From: a virus
IMG/VR virus record: IMGVR_UViG_3300029121_000001
Strand: one strand, 5' to 3'
DNA: 64,000 nt
A program made the translations under genes and the position numbers. Of this stretch, positions 36,378 through 45,961 are shown piece by piece; the first letter of the stretch is position 1; each line of letters starts with the position of its first letter. A model generated the notes under the pieces. It was given only the letters and a program-made list of their open reading frames with translations. It had not been told where the DNA came from and did no database searches.

Positions 36378-37589
36378 ATGGGAAAAGCATTCATTAGTAC
36401 ATTCACATATGATTGTGAATTAGCATTTAATTCTCAAGATGGTACATCTGAAGATATATTTAAACAGTGCGTAAGATATATTATTGTCAATCATGACTAT
36501 ATGAAAAATATGATGCCACTTATATATGTGAATGTGAATTTGAAACCTTCTCTATATAATAAAATGGTACCTGAGCAAGGTAAGAGTAAAGTATATCTTA
36601 AATTGTATTGTACTAGAAATAAAGGTTCTACGTCATCTACAGCTAAGAAAGTTATATATGGAGAATTCGATTATTATATGGCAGATGATCCTAATTCGTA
36701 TAAGGAATTGGATACTATCAATGAAGATCAGGGTACATCTTATAAGGTTTGTCAATTGGCACTATTTTCTCTTGATCTTCAGAAGAAAAATCAAAAGAGC
36801 TTTGGCGGAGTTATGAAAGGAAAAACTCCTCAAGATTTAGTAAAAGAATCATTAAAAGATATGAATAATCTTGTAATGCAGCCTTTTGATAATAATAGTA
36901 GTCTTGGTACATTTGTTTGCCCTAATTTAAGTTCTGTTGCAAAATTCATCGGGTATTTGAATAATAAAGCATCTTTCTATAAAGGAAATTATATGTTCTA
37001 TATGGACTTCGAGAAAACATATTTACGAAGTTACGATGGATCATATATTGATGCTGGAGATGGAGATCATAAAAATATTGCAATAGATGTTAGAGATCTT
37101 ACTCAGTATAAAGGATTAGCTTCTGGTATTGTAGAAGATCCTGATCAAGATGCGTATATTATTTATGTAAATGGATCTGATTGTACTATTAGTGTAGATA
37201 GAACTTCTAGTTCCATTGTTGGCAACATTAGCTCTGTTAACGTAGAGCAAGGAACAAAACTGCAAGCTGATGTAGTTAATACTTCTAATATTACTAATAT
37301 TAGTGATACTGGTTCTTCTATCATTACTGTTAGTGAAGATAAAAATGCCGCAAGTAATATCAAGACTAAGATTGCTGAAAATGCTAATACTCTTATCTTT
37401 AGTAAAATAGATATGGACAGTAGAATCTTTACTCCAAATAAACAATATACTCTATCCAATTATGAAGATAATCCAAAGTATACTGGCGTATATTATCTGA
37501 TAAAGAAATATGAGATCTATCTACGAAGTGGAGATCATATGAATTGTCAGATGACTAATACATTTAAAAAGACTGCAGATTTTGTATAA
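36378..37589 (+). CDS. hypothetical protein (possible virion protein)
   Basis: The ATG at 36378 has better SD spacing (AAAGGAG) than the one at 36372. Confidence 0.75.
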   Translation: MGKAFISTFTYDCELAFNSQDGTSEDIFKQCVRYIIVNHDYMKNMMPLIYVNVNLKPSLYNKMVPEQGKSKVYLKLYCTRNKGSTSSTAKKVIYGEFDYYMADDPNSYKELDTINEDQGTSYKVCQLALFSLDLQKKNQKSFGGVMKGKTPQDLVKESLKDMNNLVMQPFDNNSSLGTFVCPNLSSVAKFIGYLNNKASFYKGNYMFYMDFEKTYLRSYDGSYIDAGDGDHKNIAIDVRDLTQYKGLASGIVEDPDQDAYIIYVNGSDCTISVDRTSSSIVGNISSVNVEQGTKLQADVVNTSNITNISDTGSSIITVSEDKNAASNIKTKIAENANTLIFSKIDMDSRIFTPNKQYTLSNYEDNPKYTGVYYLIKKYEIYLRSGDHMNCQMTNTFKKTADFV

Positions 37590-37606
37590 GAAAGAAGGAA
37601 TAAACG

Positions 37607-38329
37607 ATGGAAGAATTTAATACTGATTTTACTTGGGAAAAGATGAAACTTCATCTGAAGACTATTCTTACTCATAAGAAATATGTATATATTTATTGTA
37701 ATAGATGTGGAATGCCTTGGGTAGGATTGATGCATGATATGTCAAAATTCTCTCCTGCTGAATTTATTACTAATGTAAAATATACTACAAAAGGTGTATC
37801 TCCTATTATCAAGAAAAAACAAATTTGTGGTTATTCTGAACCTTGGATGCATCATAAAGCGCATAATCCACATCATTATGAATATTGGACTGATGATCTT
37901 GATGAAGGAGGATTTTGTGTAAGAATTCCATTTAGATATACCATTGAAATGATGTGCGATTATCTCGGTGCAAATATGGCATATAATAATGGAGATAGTT
38001 CTTATCAAGCAGAATTCAATTGGTGGAAAGAAGCTCGTAATAAAAGAAACATGCATCCTGATAATGTAGAATTTCTGGATCGTGTATTTGGATATCTTGC
38101 TGCTGTAGAACGTGGAAACAGATTCACCATAAATGAATCCGTTTCTGTTCAAAAGAATAATCATTTGCAAATTAGAATTCTTCAAAAGAAAATTGCTTCT
38201 GACAACGATGTATTTAATATTGCTTTTCTAGAGTATTTATACAAATACATTGTAGATAAGAATAATAATCCTATTAAGATGAGATTTAAACTTCCTAAAG
38301 GAACTGAACCTGTATATTATAATAATTAA
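37607..38329 (+). CDS. hypothetical His-rich protein (HDMSKF...HHKAHNPHHYEYW; possibly an HD-like metal-binding fold)
   Basis: 240-aa ORF, SD GAAGGA. The motif was recognised from memory only. Confidence 0.7.
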   Translation: MEEFNTDFTWEKMKLHLKTILTHKKYVYIYCNRCGMPWVGLMHDMSKFSPAEFITNVKYTTKGVSPIIKKKQICGYSEPWMHHKAHNPHHYEYWTDDLDEGGFCVRIPFRYTIEMMCDYLGANMAYNNGDSSYQAEFNWWKEARNKRNMHPDNVEFLDRVFGYLAAVERGNRFTINESVSVQKNNHLQIRILQKKIASDNDVFNIAFLEYLYKYIVDKNNNPIKMRFKLPKGTEPVYYNN

Positions 38330-38334
38330 AAATT

Positions 38335-38364
38335 TACCCGAATAGGATAAAAGTCCTATTCGGG
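38335..38364 (+). terminator. rho-independent terminator
   Basis: ACCCGAATAGGA-6 nt-TCCTATTCGGGT. Confidence 0.7.
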
Positions 38365-38420
38365 TATTATTCCTCAACTTTTTAGTAATTAGTCTATTAA
38401 TAATAGGAGGATTTTTTGCA

Positions 38421-39284
38421 ATGAGCAAGATTGGATATATTCTAAATGAATCCAGTGTTTGCATGGAAAATGTAGACATTAGAGAAGATAAAAATGATCG
38501 CACTAGAGTTACTGGAATGGGAATTCTTCAAACCGGTAATGAAAAGAATCGTAATGGGCGTATATATCGTACTGCTGATCTAGCAAAGGAAATTGCCGCT
38601 CCTAGGCAACAAGAACTGCTTGCTGCTAAGCAAATGTGTGGTGAAGCTGGACATCCTATTGGAGCAGATGCTAGTTCTCTGGTTCGTCAGCAGACTATTG
38701 ATCCGACCAAGATTTGTGTCCGTTATCTGAAGCTATGGATGGAAGGTGATAATGTTATGGGCACCTTCCAAGGTACTAATAATGCTCTCGGTGAAGCATT
38801 CGATAAGGATCTTCGTCAAGGTGTTCTACCTGCATTTTCTCTTCGTGCACTTGGTACCATTTCTAGTACTCCTCAAGGTGCAGTTGTTGAGAATCTGAAG
38901 ATGATTACATATGACTATGTTATTTATCCTTCTCATCCTCATGCATACACTAAGGGAGTCATTAATGAGTCTGCTGGTATTGCTAGTGCAGTCAAGTCTA
39001 ATTTCACTATGAATAGTTCTATGGATGGAACTAGATCTTTCATTAAGGAATTTAGCAATAAGGATGTAGTTAATGCAATTACTTCTATGAGAGAATCTGC
39101 AGTTGATTATATTAAAGATAAGAGTCATAATTTTAAGCTTCTCCAAGAGTGCTATGATATGACTAATTATGATACCATTGATATTATTAGTCCTCATAAG
39201 ATTGCTCTAACAGAAGCTGGTAAGAATACTATCATTATGAATGTTGAAGATTATATTGCAAATGAAATTCAGAATTATGTATAA
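38421..39284 (+). CDS. prohead core protease, T4 gp21-like
   Basis: NRNGRIY..LAKEI...CGEAGHP...W.EGDNVMG...DLRQGVLPAFSLRALG aligns with T4 gp21 NRNKRLYP..LEKAV...LGELNHP...WWKGNDVYG...NIRAGWIPGVSSRGLG. SD AGGAGGA. Confidence 0.8.
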   Translation: MSKIGYILNESSVCMENVDIREDKNDRTRVTGMGILQTGNEKNRNGRIYRTADLAKEIAAPRQQELLAAKQMCGEAGHPIGADASSLVRQQTIDPTKICVRYLKLWMEGDNVMGTFQGTNNALGEAFDKDLRQGVLPAFSLRALGTISSTPQGAVVENLKMITYDYVIYPSHPHAYTKGVINESAGIASAVKSNFTMNSSMDGTRSFIKEFSNKDVVNAITSMRESAVDYIKDKSHNFKLLQECYDMTNYDTIDIISPHKIALTEAGKNTIIMNVEDYIANEIQNYV

Positions 39285-39306
39285 AATATAAAGAGGTGAA
39301 TTTACA

Positions 39307-39642
39307 ATGACAGGCCAGAAATTTACACAAGAAGATATCGATAAGCTTAATTCTGCAATTGGACCATGTATTGATGATCTAAATTGTGCAGATGAATATT
39401 CAGATCTTTGTAAAGAATCTGATACAACAAAAAAGAAACTTCATATTTGTACTACTATTTCTGATGATGGTATGCAGGTTGATGTAGCATTGACCAATGA
39501 TAATTTCTTTAATAAGTTTCTTGAACCTTTTATTTCTGGAGTTGTTATTGGAATTTTGCAAGCAGCAGTAGATGCTGTATGCCCTAATCAGTATAAGTTT
39601 GAATCTAATAATGGATCTATTGTGATTAAGAAAGTAGATTAA
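39307..39642 (+). CDS. hypothetical protein
   Basis: 111-aa ORF, SD AAGAGGTGA. Confidence 0.7.
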   Translation: MTGQKFTQEDIDKLNSAIGPCIDDLNCADEYSDLCKESDTTKKKLHICTTISDDGMQVDVALTNDNFFNKFLEPFISGVVIGILQAAVDAVCPNQYKFESNNGSIVIKKVD

Positions 39643-39648
39643 ATACAT

Positions 39649-40425
39649 ATGGCTGGATATCAAAATAATATAGCAAAATTGGTAGATAAAATAGAATGGA
39701 GACTAGGACTTATTCCATTGACTAAACATCTACCTGAAGAATTTGGAAAAGATGCTTGGGCGAATATCATAAAAGAAGATACTCTTACTACATATTCAAG
39801 ATATTGTCCTAGAAAGTTTTCATTTAAAATTACAGAACAGACAGCTCCTAAGAGAGGTGGATGGTACTATATTAATGAAGACTATATTGGAGGACAAACT
39901 ATTCTTGGTGTAGGAGATATTGACTGGACCAAGTTTGGTAATAGATCTATTGGTCTAGCACAAACATTTGGTTATGGTACTATTGATGCTGGTCTAGCAG
40001 CAAACTTTACTATGGATGATATCCTAGGAATGAAGGGAAGATCTGATTATGCTTCTATGTTTAGTAATCAGATTATTCCTGAATTTGAACCACCTAATAG
40101 AATTAGACTAGTAGCAACTGGTAACTATGATGTCAATATTGGAGAATTCAATATCATTCTTCTATTAAAGCATCTTGATAGTCTTACTAGTATTCCTGCT
40201 ACAGCGATGGAAAAGTTTGAACAACTTGCTCAAGCAGACGTTGCAGCTTTCCTTGCTAACAACTTAAAGTATTGGGATGGTCTTGAAACAGTATTCTCTA
40301 CTATTGATCTTAAGATTAGTAATCTTGAGAATGAAGCTAGTAAAAGAGATAATGTAATTGATTATCTTGAATCTAATTATGTTAGTGCTAATAATAAGAG
40401 TATCCCTATGATTATGACTGTATAA
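39649..40425 (+). CDS. hypothetical protein (head-module neighbour)
   Basis: 258-aa ORF, immediately downstream in the same operon. Confidence 0.7.
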   Translation: MAGYQNNIAKLVDKIEWRLGLIPLTKHLPEEFGKDAWANIIKEDTLTTYSRYCPRKFSFKITEQTAPKRGGWYYINEDYIGGQTILGVGDIDWTKFGNRSIGLAQTFGYGTIDAGLAANFTMDDILGMKGRSDYASMFSNQIIPEFEPPNRIRLVATGNYDVNIGEFNIILLLKHLDSLTSIPATAMEKFEQLAQADVAAFLANNLKYWDGLETVFSTIDLKISNLENEASKRDNVIDYLESNYVSANNKSIPMIMTV

Positions 40426-40431
40426 AATAAA

Positions 40432-40460
40432 ATCCCAGTAGAGATTAAATCTCTACTGGG
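40432..40460 (+). terminator. rho-independent terminator
   Basis: TCCCAGTAGAGAT-taa-ATCTCTACTGGGA, then ATATTTTT. Confidence 0.8.
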
Positions 40461-40471
40461 AATATTTTTAA

Positions 40472-40487
40472 AATAATGTAAATTCAA
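40472..40487. repeat. left arm of a 16-bp inverted repeat flanking the 71-aa gene (partner 40787..40802)
   Basis: ATAATGTAAATTCAAT versus ATTGAATTTACATTAT. Confidence 0.9.
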
Positions 40488-40571
40488 TCAGATATTATAA
40501 ATATGATAGAAAAGTAAGAGCGGCCTTACTTAAATCAAATTATAATATCATCCAAAAGGAGATTTTAAATT

Positions 40572-40787
40572 ATGAATATCACAAACGTTACGAACATTTC
40601 TATCATTGTTAATGATAATAATCATGATGATGAATATATCAATGCAATGAGGAATCAAATACGTCAGAATTCTAAAGCTATCAGAAGGGATGCAGAAGAA
40701 TTAAAACGCAAACGCTCCAAATGGAATGAGATACTAGAACATGGATCTGTGTTCCAAATAGCAGATAATTATTTGAGTATCCTTTAA
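40572..40787 (+). CDS. hypothetical small protein
   Basis: 71-aa ORF, SD AAAGGAG. Confidence 0.7.
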   Translation: MNITNVTNISIIVNDNNHDDEYINAMRNQIRQNSKAIRRDAEELKRKRSKWNEILEHGSVFQIADNYLSIL

Positions 40788-40802
40788 TTGAATTTACATT
40801 AT
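40787..40802. repeat. right arm of the 16-bp inverted repeat
   Basis: Reverse complement of 40472..40487. Overlaps the stop codon of the 71-aa gene. Confidence 0.9.
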
Positions 40803-40812
40803 ATATATGTAT

Positions 40813-40855
40813 AATGAGTGAAGGACAAAATCTTCACTCATTTTATTTTTTTTTT
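40813..40855 (+). terminator. rho-independent terminator
   Basis: AATGAGTGAAG-8 nt-CTTCACTCATT followed by a long T run. Confidence 0.85.
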
Positions 40856-40880
40856 GATAATCTGACGCTTCTACTAAAAT
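40856..40880 (+). promoter_or_regulatory. conserved cassette-leading motif, copy 1: GATAATCTGACGCTTCTACTAAAAT
   Basis: Core ATAAT(CT)GACGCTTCTA recurs at 41189 and 41534. Function unknown (a -10-like box plus a conserved start region is one option). Confidence 0.4.
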
Positions 40881-41193
40881 ATGTATAAAAAATATTATAT
40901 CGACTACTTCAACAATTATATTAAATGGGTCATCACATGGTGGTAATATATCTGGAGATCTAGATGCATATAAATATCATATCCTAGAATGTAGGCCAGA
41001 TAAGCTTGGTAGATTTATTTTACCCGGATATTTAGATAATAAGAATCCAACTGTTGATTTTCCATATGATTATACTTGGGCAGGATATATTTATATGCCT
41101 GGTGATATTATGGTAGATAGTAAAAAATATCCATCTATGATACCTGCCTATTCTGAAACTTTACATTGGAAATTCTTTTGTATTCCAAGATAA
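40861..41193 (+). pseudogene. paralogue of 41240..41524 with no ATG/GTG/TTG start (pseudogene or unconventional initiation)
   Basis: The frame is open from directly after TAA (40858-40860) to TAA at 41191. The product ...DLDAYKYHILECRPDKLGRFILPGY...FPYDYTWAGYIY...ETLHWKFFCIPR is clearly homologous to the next gene. Confidence 0.45.
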
Positions 41194-41211
41194 TGACGCT
41201 TCTATAAAAAT
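41189..41211 (+). promoter_or_regulatory. conserved cassette-leading motif, copy 2: GATAATGACGCTTCTATAAAAAT
   Basis: Same core, lacking CT. Confidence 0.4.
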
Positions 41212-41239
41212 AAAGAACTTTACATCCACTAATGCATCG

Positions 41240-41524
41240 TTGATAATCATAAATGGTAGAGAAATGAAAGAATTATCAGGCGATTATATAGATCTATATA
41301 ATTATCATATTCTAGAATGCAGATCAAATACGTTCGGCAGATTTATTTTACCAGGATATTCTTTCAATAAGCAATCTAATGATTATCCATATGATTACAT
41401 ATGGATAGGATATATATACAAAGATGGCTCATTTAAAATAGGTAATATGAGTTATCAAACTATGCAATATTGCTTTAATGAAACTTTAAATTGGAAAGCT
41501 TTTTGTATTCGTAGATATAGTTAA
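41240..41524 (+). CDS. hypothetical small protein (cassette B)
   Basis: 94-aa ORF from a TTG, or from the ATG at 41264. No clear SD. Confidence 0.6.
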   Translation: MIIINGREMKELSGDYIDLYNYHILECRSNTFGRFILPGYSFNKQSNDYPYDYIWIGYIYKDGSFKIGNMSYQTMQYCFNETLNWKAFCIRRYS

Positions 41525-41533
41525 ATATAATAT

Positions 41534-41558
41534 TATAATCTGACGCTTCTAAAAAATT
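41534..41558 (+). promoter_or_regulatory. conserved cassette-leading motif, copy 3: TATAATCTGACGCTTCTAAAAAATT
   Basis: Same core. The reading frame of the next ORF opens directly after TAA, as in copy 1. Confidence 0.4.
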
Positions 41559-41814
41559 GGTTGAAAATAGAGTTCAAACTTATTTAACTAAATTTAGCGG
41601 TATTACAAAATATTATCCTCTATCGGTAGTATTATGTGATAAACGGACTGATATAATAAGTATAGAATTATTCAGATCTAATGACAATTTTGAAGTTAAT
41701 ATATATTCTATATCTAAAACATCAACATTACACAAAACTAAATTAACTGGTGTTACATGCTTATTGTATTATGTAACAGACATATATGATGATATAGCAT
41801 TTAATCTTAATTAA
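41557..41814 (+). CDS. hypothetical small protein (cassette C)
   Basis: 85-aa ORF from a TTG, no SD. Confidence 0.5.
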   Translation: MVENRVQTYLTKFSGITKYYPLSVVLCDKRTDIISIELFRSNDNFEVNIYSISKTSTLHKTKLTGVTCLLYYVTDIYDDIAFNLN

Positions 41815-41823
41815 AATCTATAG

Positions 41824-41846
41824 TCCAAGGGATTAAATCCCTTGGA
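41824..41846 (+). terminator. rho-independent terminator
   Basis: TCCAAGGGATT-a-AATCCCTTGGA, then TTTTAATTTTT. Confidence 0.8.
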
Positions 41847-41930
41847 TTTTAATTTTTGTAATACTGAGATATTATAATATTGAAGCAAGTTAGAATTTAT
41901 TCTTGCTTTAATATATGATTAAAGAAAGGA

Positions 41931-42683
41931 ATGATGAAAATGAAAGTAGCAACAAAAGAAGAGTTTTTTAATCAAGATACAATCTGTATTTTTACAGATG
42001 CATCTTACCAACAAAAAGATTTGTATAAAATTCCTGCTGAACAGCTTACAAGCCCTGCTTATTGTGTTTATCTCAATGATCAGTGTCTTGAAAGAAATTG
42101 CATTATTCTTAATAATTGTAATTCTCAGCAAGGAGAACTTTATGCACTCTTTATGGGAGTAAATGTAGCTGTAAAGTATTATAATCTTGGCTATAGAAGG
42201 ATTAAGCTTTTTAGTGACAATCAAAATGCTGTTCTAGGAATTAGAGAATGGATCTTTAGATGGATTCGAGAAACTAATTCTGGTAGAGCAACTTTTGGTG
42301 CTAATGGTAGAATTAGTAATCAAGAATACTATATGGATATCATTTATACCATTCTTGCAAATCGTATTTTCTTGGAATTCTATCATGTAAAAGGCCATGT
42401 GGATCTTAGAAATAAAGCATCTTTGGCTCATGCTAAATATCTGTTTCTAAAATCTAATCCTTTTGTTGGAGATGATACTACTGACGATCTTATCTATTAT
42501 ATGGCAATGGGAAATAATGATGTTGACTATTATTCAACAACTATTCTCAAGAGTTTTATTTATCATAATGGATCTGGATATTGCAGTGGTACACATGCAA
42601 TCAGTTTTGAGTATGATAAATCTAAACTTAATATGAATGATTATAAAGCTTTGGTGAATAAAAATGGTAGGACAATCTTTTAA
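41931..42683 (+). CDS. ribonuclease H (RNase HI-type)
   Basis: Catalytic pattern IFTDAS (D), QGELYAL (E), LFSDNQ (D), HVKGH, NNDVD. Confidence 0.75.
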   Translation: MMKMKVATKEEFFNQDTICIFTDASYQQKDLYKIPAEQLTSPAYCVYLNDQCLERNCIILNNCNSQQGELYALFMGVNVAVKYYNLGYRRIKLFSDNQNAVLGIREWIFRWIRETNSGRATFGANGRISNQEYYMDIIYTILANRIFLEFYHVKGHVDLRNKASLAHAKYLFLKSNPFVGDDTTDDLIYYMAMGNNDVDYYSTTILKSFIYHNGSGYCSGTHAISFEYDKSKLNMNDYKALVNKNGRTIF

Positions 42684-43185
42684 TCCTTGGCAAGACAATA
42701 GCCTAATTTCAATGACTAAGCGAGTTGGCCAGTATACATTTGAGCATAAAGCATATTTAACTTCTAAGATCAGTGATTATGACTATGACACTGATAACCC
42801 TAATAGAAGATTCATATCAAATTATGTTCATAAGATTTGTATCTATGATCTCTGTGGATCTATCTTTTTCACATTCACTACCAATTCAGAACCGATGTAT
42901 AATTTAATTACATCTTTAATATTTAAATCTAAATATAACAAACAAGGAGATATTTGTTGTATTGATATTAATGATGACAATACATCTATTCCTTATAGAC
43001 TCAATGTAATTGGAGATCAGCAGATAACAAAGATTCTTATTGCGCCAACATCGATTCAATTTGACTCATATTCAAGAATGATCAGTACTCTAACACTATC
43101 AATACCAAATAAAGATCTTGATGATCTTGTTACTGTATTGAAATTTGATAAAGATGGGAAGGGATGTTTAAATGACTATGTATAA
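42664..43185 (+). CDS. hypothetical protein
   Basis: 173-aa ORF, 20-nt overlap with the upstream gene. Confidence 0.65.
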   Translation: MVGQSFNPWQDNSLISMTKRVGQYTFEHKAYLTSKISDYDYDTDNPNRRFISNYVHKICIYDLCGSIFFTFTTNSEPMYNLITSLIFKSKYNKQGDICCIDINDDNTSIPYRLNVIGDQQITKILIAPTSIQFDSYSRMISTLTLSIPNKDLDDLVTVLKFDKDGKGCLNDYV

Positions 43186-43480
43186 CTATATTCTCATTTG
43201 GGGAATTTCTATTATTGTAATTATTCTTCTTGGATTGATTGTAATTAGACTTGGAGATATTAACGATAATCTTTCCATTATTGATTATGATCTTTCTCAG
43301 AACAATAAATATATTTTCATGATCTTTATGGGAATTCGCATTATTCTGAAGAATAGTTATGGAATTAATCTTGTAGAATTCTGCGACGAATATCTTCAGA
43401 AAATTGATAATGACGAAGACATTGATTTCTCTGAAAATGAAGAAACCAATGCTGAAGATGATGATGAACTCGATAAATGA
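43172..43480 (+). CDS. small membrane protein with an acidic tail
   Basis: SD GGGAAGGGA. TM helix YILIWGISIIVIILLGLIVI. Confidence 0.7.
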   Translation: MTMYNYILIWGISIIVIILLGLIVIRLGDINDNLSIIDYDLSQNNKYIFMIFMGIRIILKNSYGINLVEFCDEYLQKIDNDEDIDFSENEETNAEDDDELDK

Positions 43481-43494
43481 AAAGGAGAGCTATT

Positions 43495-44412
43495 ATGAAT
43501 AACAATGATTCTAAGTCCCGTTCGATTATGAATGCTATTGAGAATATCCTGAAGAACTCTGGTGTAAAAAATCTTAAGATTGTTCCTCTTGACGAAGTTC
43601 CTGATACTGCAGTCCATCAGGAGCCTAAGGATATTGATCTTTATACTTGCAAGGAAGTAGAGAAAGCTGTTCCTAAGAATATTCCTGCAATTACTTTTGA
43701 CAATTCTTGGGTCTATACTACTGATGGTGCTGTTGAGATTCCCAATGACGTAAGAACAATTTTCTGCAATATGGCTTACAATAATACCAAAGATATTGTT
43801 GGTGAGAACAATGATTTCAATACTCCTATTGGAGCAGTAATGGATTACACTGTCAAAAATAATTTGTATTTCAACTGTGAAATTGTAAAGAAGAATATCT
43901 ATAATCATTTCCTTCAGGAATATTATGGCCTGTGTTATTCTCTCATCAATACTGTAAATGAACTTCTGTGTAATCTTGAATGTGATCCTATTGAAATTGA
44001 TATTTACGAGGTTGCATCTTGTAATCCGTATAATTTTGATTTTAATAGCACACTTGAAAGTATTTTCGTAAATACTCCTCAGGCTGTAACTGAGATCATT
44101 AACAGTGGTAAACTTGATAGTTATATCGCTACGATGGTTAATGTTATTGGCACTAATACCTATAATAATTTCATCAATAAATATATCATGCAGGCTGTTG
44201 CTGGAATGAATGCAAAGACAGCAGATGCTTTTGTGAGAGGATTCAATACTGTCTTTAGAATGTTTATGGGTGATCTATCTTATTCTGGTGCAGTACTTGC
44301 TGCTACAATTGCAAATGAAGTAAATGCCTCTAATATTTATACAATTTTCAATGCTAATGATACGGCACATGATGTTTTGTATAAAAAAGGAATTAATGAA
44401 GACCATAATTGA
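43495..44412 (+). CDS. hypothetical protein
   Basis: ATG at 43495 behind SD AAAGGAGAG (the listed ORF starts at 43477). Confidence 0.75.
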   Translation: MNNNDSKSRSIMNAIENILKNSGVKNLKIVPLDEVPDTAVHQEPKDIDLYTCKEVEKAVPKNIPAITFDNSWVYTTDGAVEIPNDVRTIFCNMAYNNTKDIVGENNDFNTPIGAVMDYTVKNNLYFNCEIVKKNIYNHFLQEYYGLCYSLINTVNELLCNLECDPIEIDIYEVASCNPYNFDFNSTLESIFVNTPQAVTEIINSGKLDSYIATMVNVIGTNTYNNFINKYIMQAVAGMNAKTADAFVRGFNTVFRMFMGDLSYSGAVLAATIANEVNASNIYTIFNANDTAHDVLYKKGINEDHN

Positions 44413-44488
44413 CGAATAAAAAGATATTATAAGTATGAACATCCGGAGATTGTTCATTTAAACATAATAAGAAAAGGAGAATAAATTG

Positions 44489-45961
44489 ATGATGGATATG
44501 AACATGTATCCCAACAACTTTATGTCTCCTCCTTATACTAATGGAAGTATAGGAGGGTATCCAGGATATGGATACCCTCCTTATTATCCTAACATGTATG
44601 GGATGGGACAGCAGCCTCAGATGATGGCAAATATGTACAATATCAATAGCATGCCTATCGAGGCAACCTTTAGTAACGGTAGCACCGTTACTATTCCTCC
44701 TCAGCAGCCTATGGGATCTGGTTCTAATCCTGTATCAAATCCTAGTCTTGGATATATTCAGGGTGGTGCTACTATTAATCAGGGTGGTTATGATCCTACT
44801 ACAAAAACTTTTACACCTCCTGCTGCTCAGCAAGGTTTTAATCCTTATGGAGTATCTTATCAGATGCCTTCTTATGCTCCTCCTATGCAGGGACAGATGG
44901 TAAATGGCCAGATGGTTTATCCTAATGGATTTGAACCTTATGATCCTTCCAAGAGATCTAATAATGTCTATTATTCTTCCATGATGCCTTATGGTAATTA
45001 TAATAGAGCATTATATAATAATTTTCAGAATCAAGCTAACATTGCTCTTCAGGAATATATTTACAATGAAGAAATGGTTAGTAGTGATCCTGGAATTGTT
45101 ATCAATACTTTGCTGAAGGATAAATCTCATTGTGCTCCTGGATATATTATGGGATATGATTATTATGGTAATCCTATCTATAGTAATCCTCAGTATGCCT
45201 GCGAGGTCAATAAGCAGAGACAGGAAGCTTATGAGAAAGCTAAGCATGATCGTCAAGTATTCTATACAACACTTGCTAAGATTAGAGCAGTGTATAATCA
45301 TGAAGACTTTGATGAGAAAGCTGCTATGGAATATTATGATCCTGATCGTAATATGAAACAAGCTCAGCCTAAAGCATTTAGCTATTACACTGCTACTCCT
45401 GAAGAAAGGGAGGAATATGATGAGCAGATGGAGCAAGCAAGTGTGAATGCTTTTGTGAATCGTATTGATCAAGCAGAAGCAACACTTCCTTATCGTATTG
45501 CTCAACGAAATGAAATGTTTGCTAAAATTAAGGAATCTCATGATAGACTTCTTGGCATTGAACCTGGTCAACCTTGCAGTCTTCAGCAGTTCCTTGATAA
45601 CGGATATAAACTCTGTGCTGCAAACGCTGCAAAAGAGATCAAAGCTAAACTTAAGACTGGATATGATAAATATTCCACGAATAATTTTAGACAAGCTCTT
45701 GCAAGAGAGACTCATTCCCAGATTCCTATTCAATCTAAAGATGATGAGTATGTGCCTATAGAGACTATGCTCAAAAATATCTATGAAAAGAATAGGCGAG
45801 AAAATAGTGCTTTAGCAGGACAAGCACAGATTCCTGGGTTTAGTCAACCTCAATCCCCTGGATATAGTCCCACAGAAATGGACGCTCATAATAAGTTCAT
45901 GATTGCAATGCAAAATGCAAAGGAGCAAAATGATATTAGATTAATGGCGAGAGGAGGGTGA
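44489..45961 (+). CDS. hypothetical protein with a 170-aa Y/G/P/Q/M/N-rich N-terminal low-complexity region
   Basis: SD AAAGGAGAA. N-terminus MMDMNMYPNNFMSPPYTNGSIGGYPGYGYPPYYPNMYGMGQQPQ... Confidence 0.8.
   Translation: MMDMNMYPNNFMSPPYTNGSIGGYPGYGYPPYYPNMYGMGQQPQMMANMYNINSMPIEATFSNGSTVTIPPQQPMGSGSNPVSNPSLGYIQGGATINQGGYDPTTKTFTPPAAQQGFNPYGVSYQMPSYAPPMQGQMVNGQMVYPNGFEPYDPSKRSNNVYYSSMMPYGNYNRALYNNFQNQANIALQEYIYNEEMVSSDPGIVINTLLKDKSHCAPGYIMGYDYYGNPIYSNPQYACEVNKQRQEAYEKAKHDRQVFYTTLAKIRAVYNHEDFDEKAAMEYYDPDRNMKQAQPKAFSYYTATPEEREEYDEQMEQASVNAFVNRIDQAEATLPYRIAQRNEMFAKIKESHDRLLGIEPGQPCSLQQFLDNGYKLCAANAAKEIKAKLKTGYDKYSTNNFRQALARETHSQIPIQSKDDEYVPIETMLKNIYEKNRRENSALAGQAQIPGFSQPQSPGYSPTEMDAHNKFMIAMQNAKEQNDIRLMARGG

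Noticed and set aside
40856-41560. Considered whether the thrice-repeated GACGCTTCTA motif is a CRISPR-like array.
   Set aside because: There are only three copies. The repeat is about 16 nt with no dyad symmetry. The 'spacers' are 330-350 nt and encode paralogous proteins. No cas genes are present.
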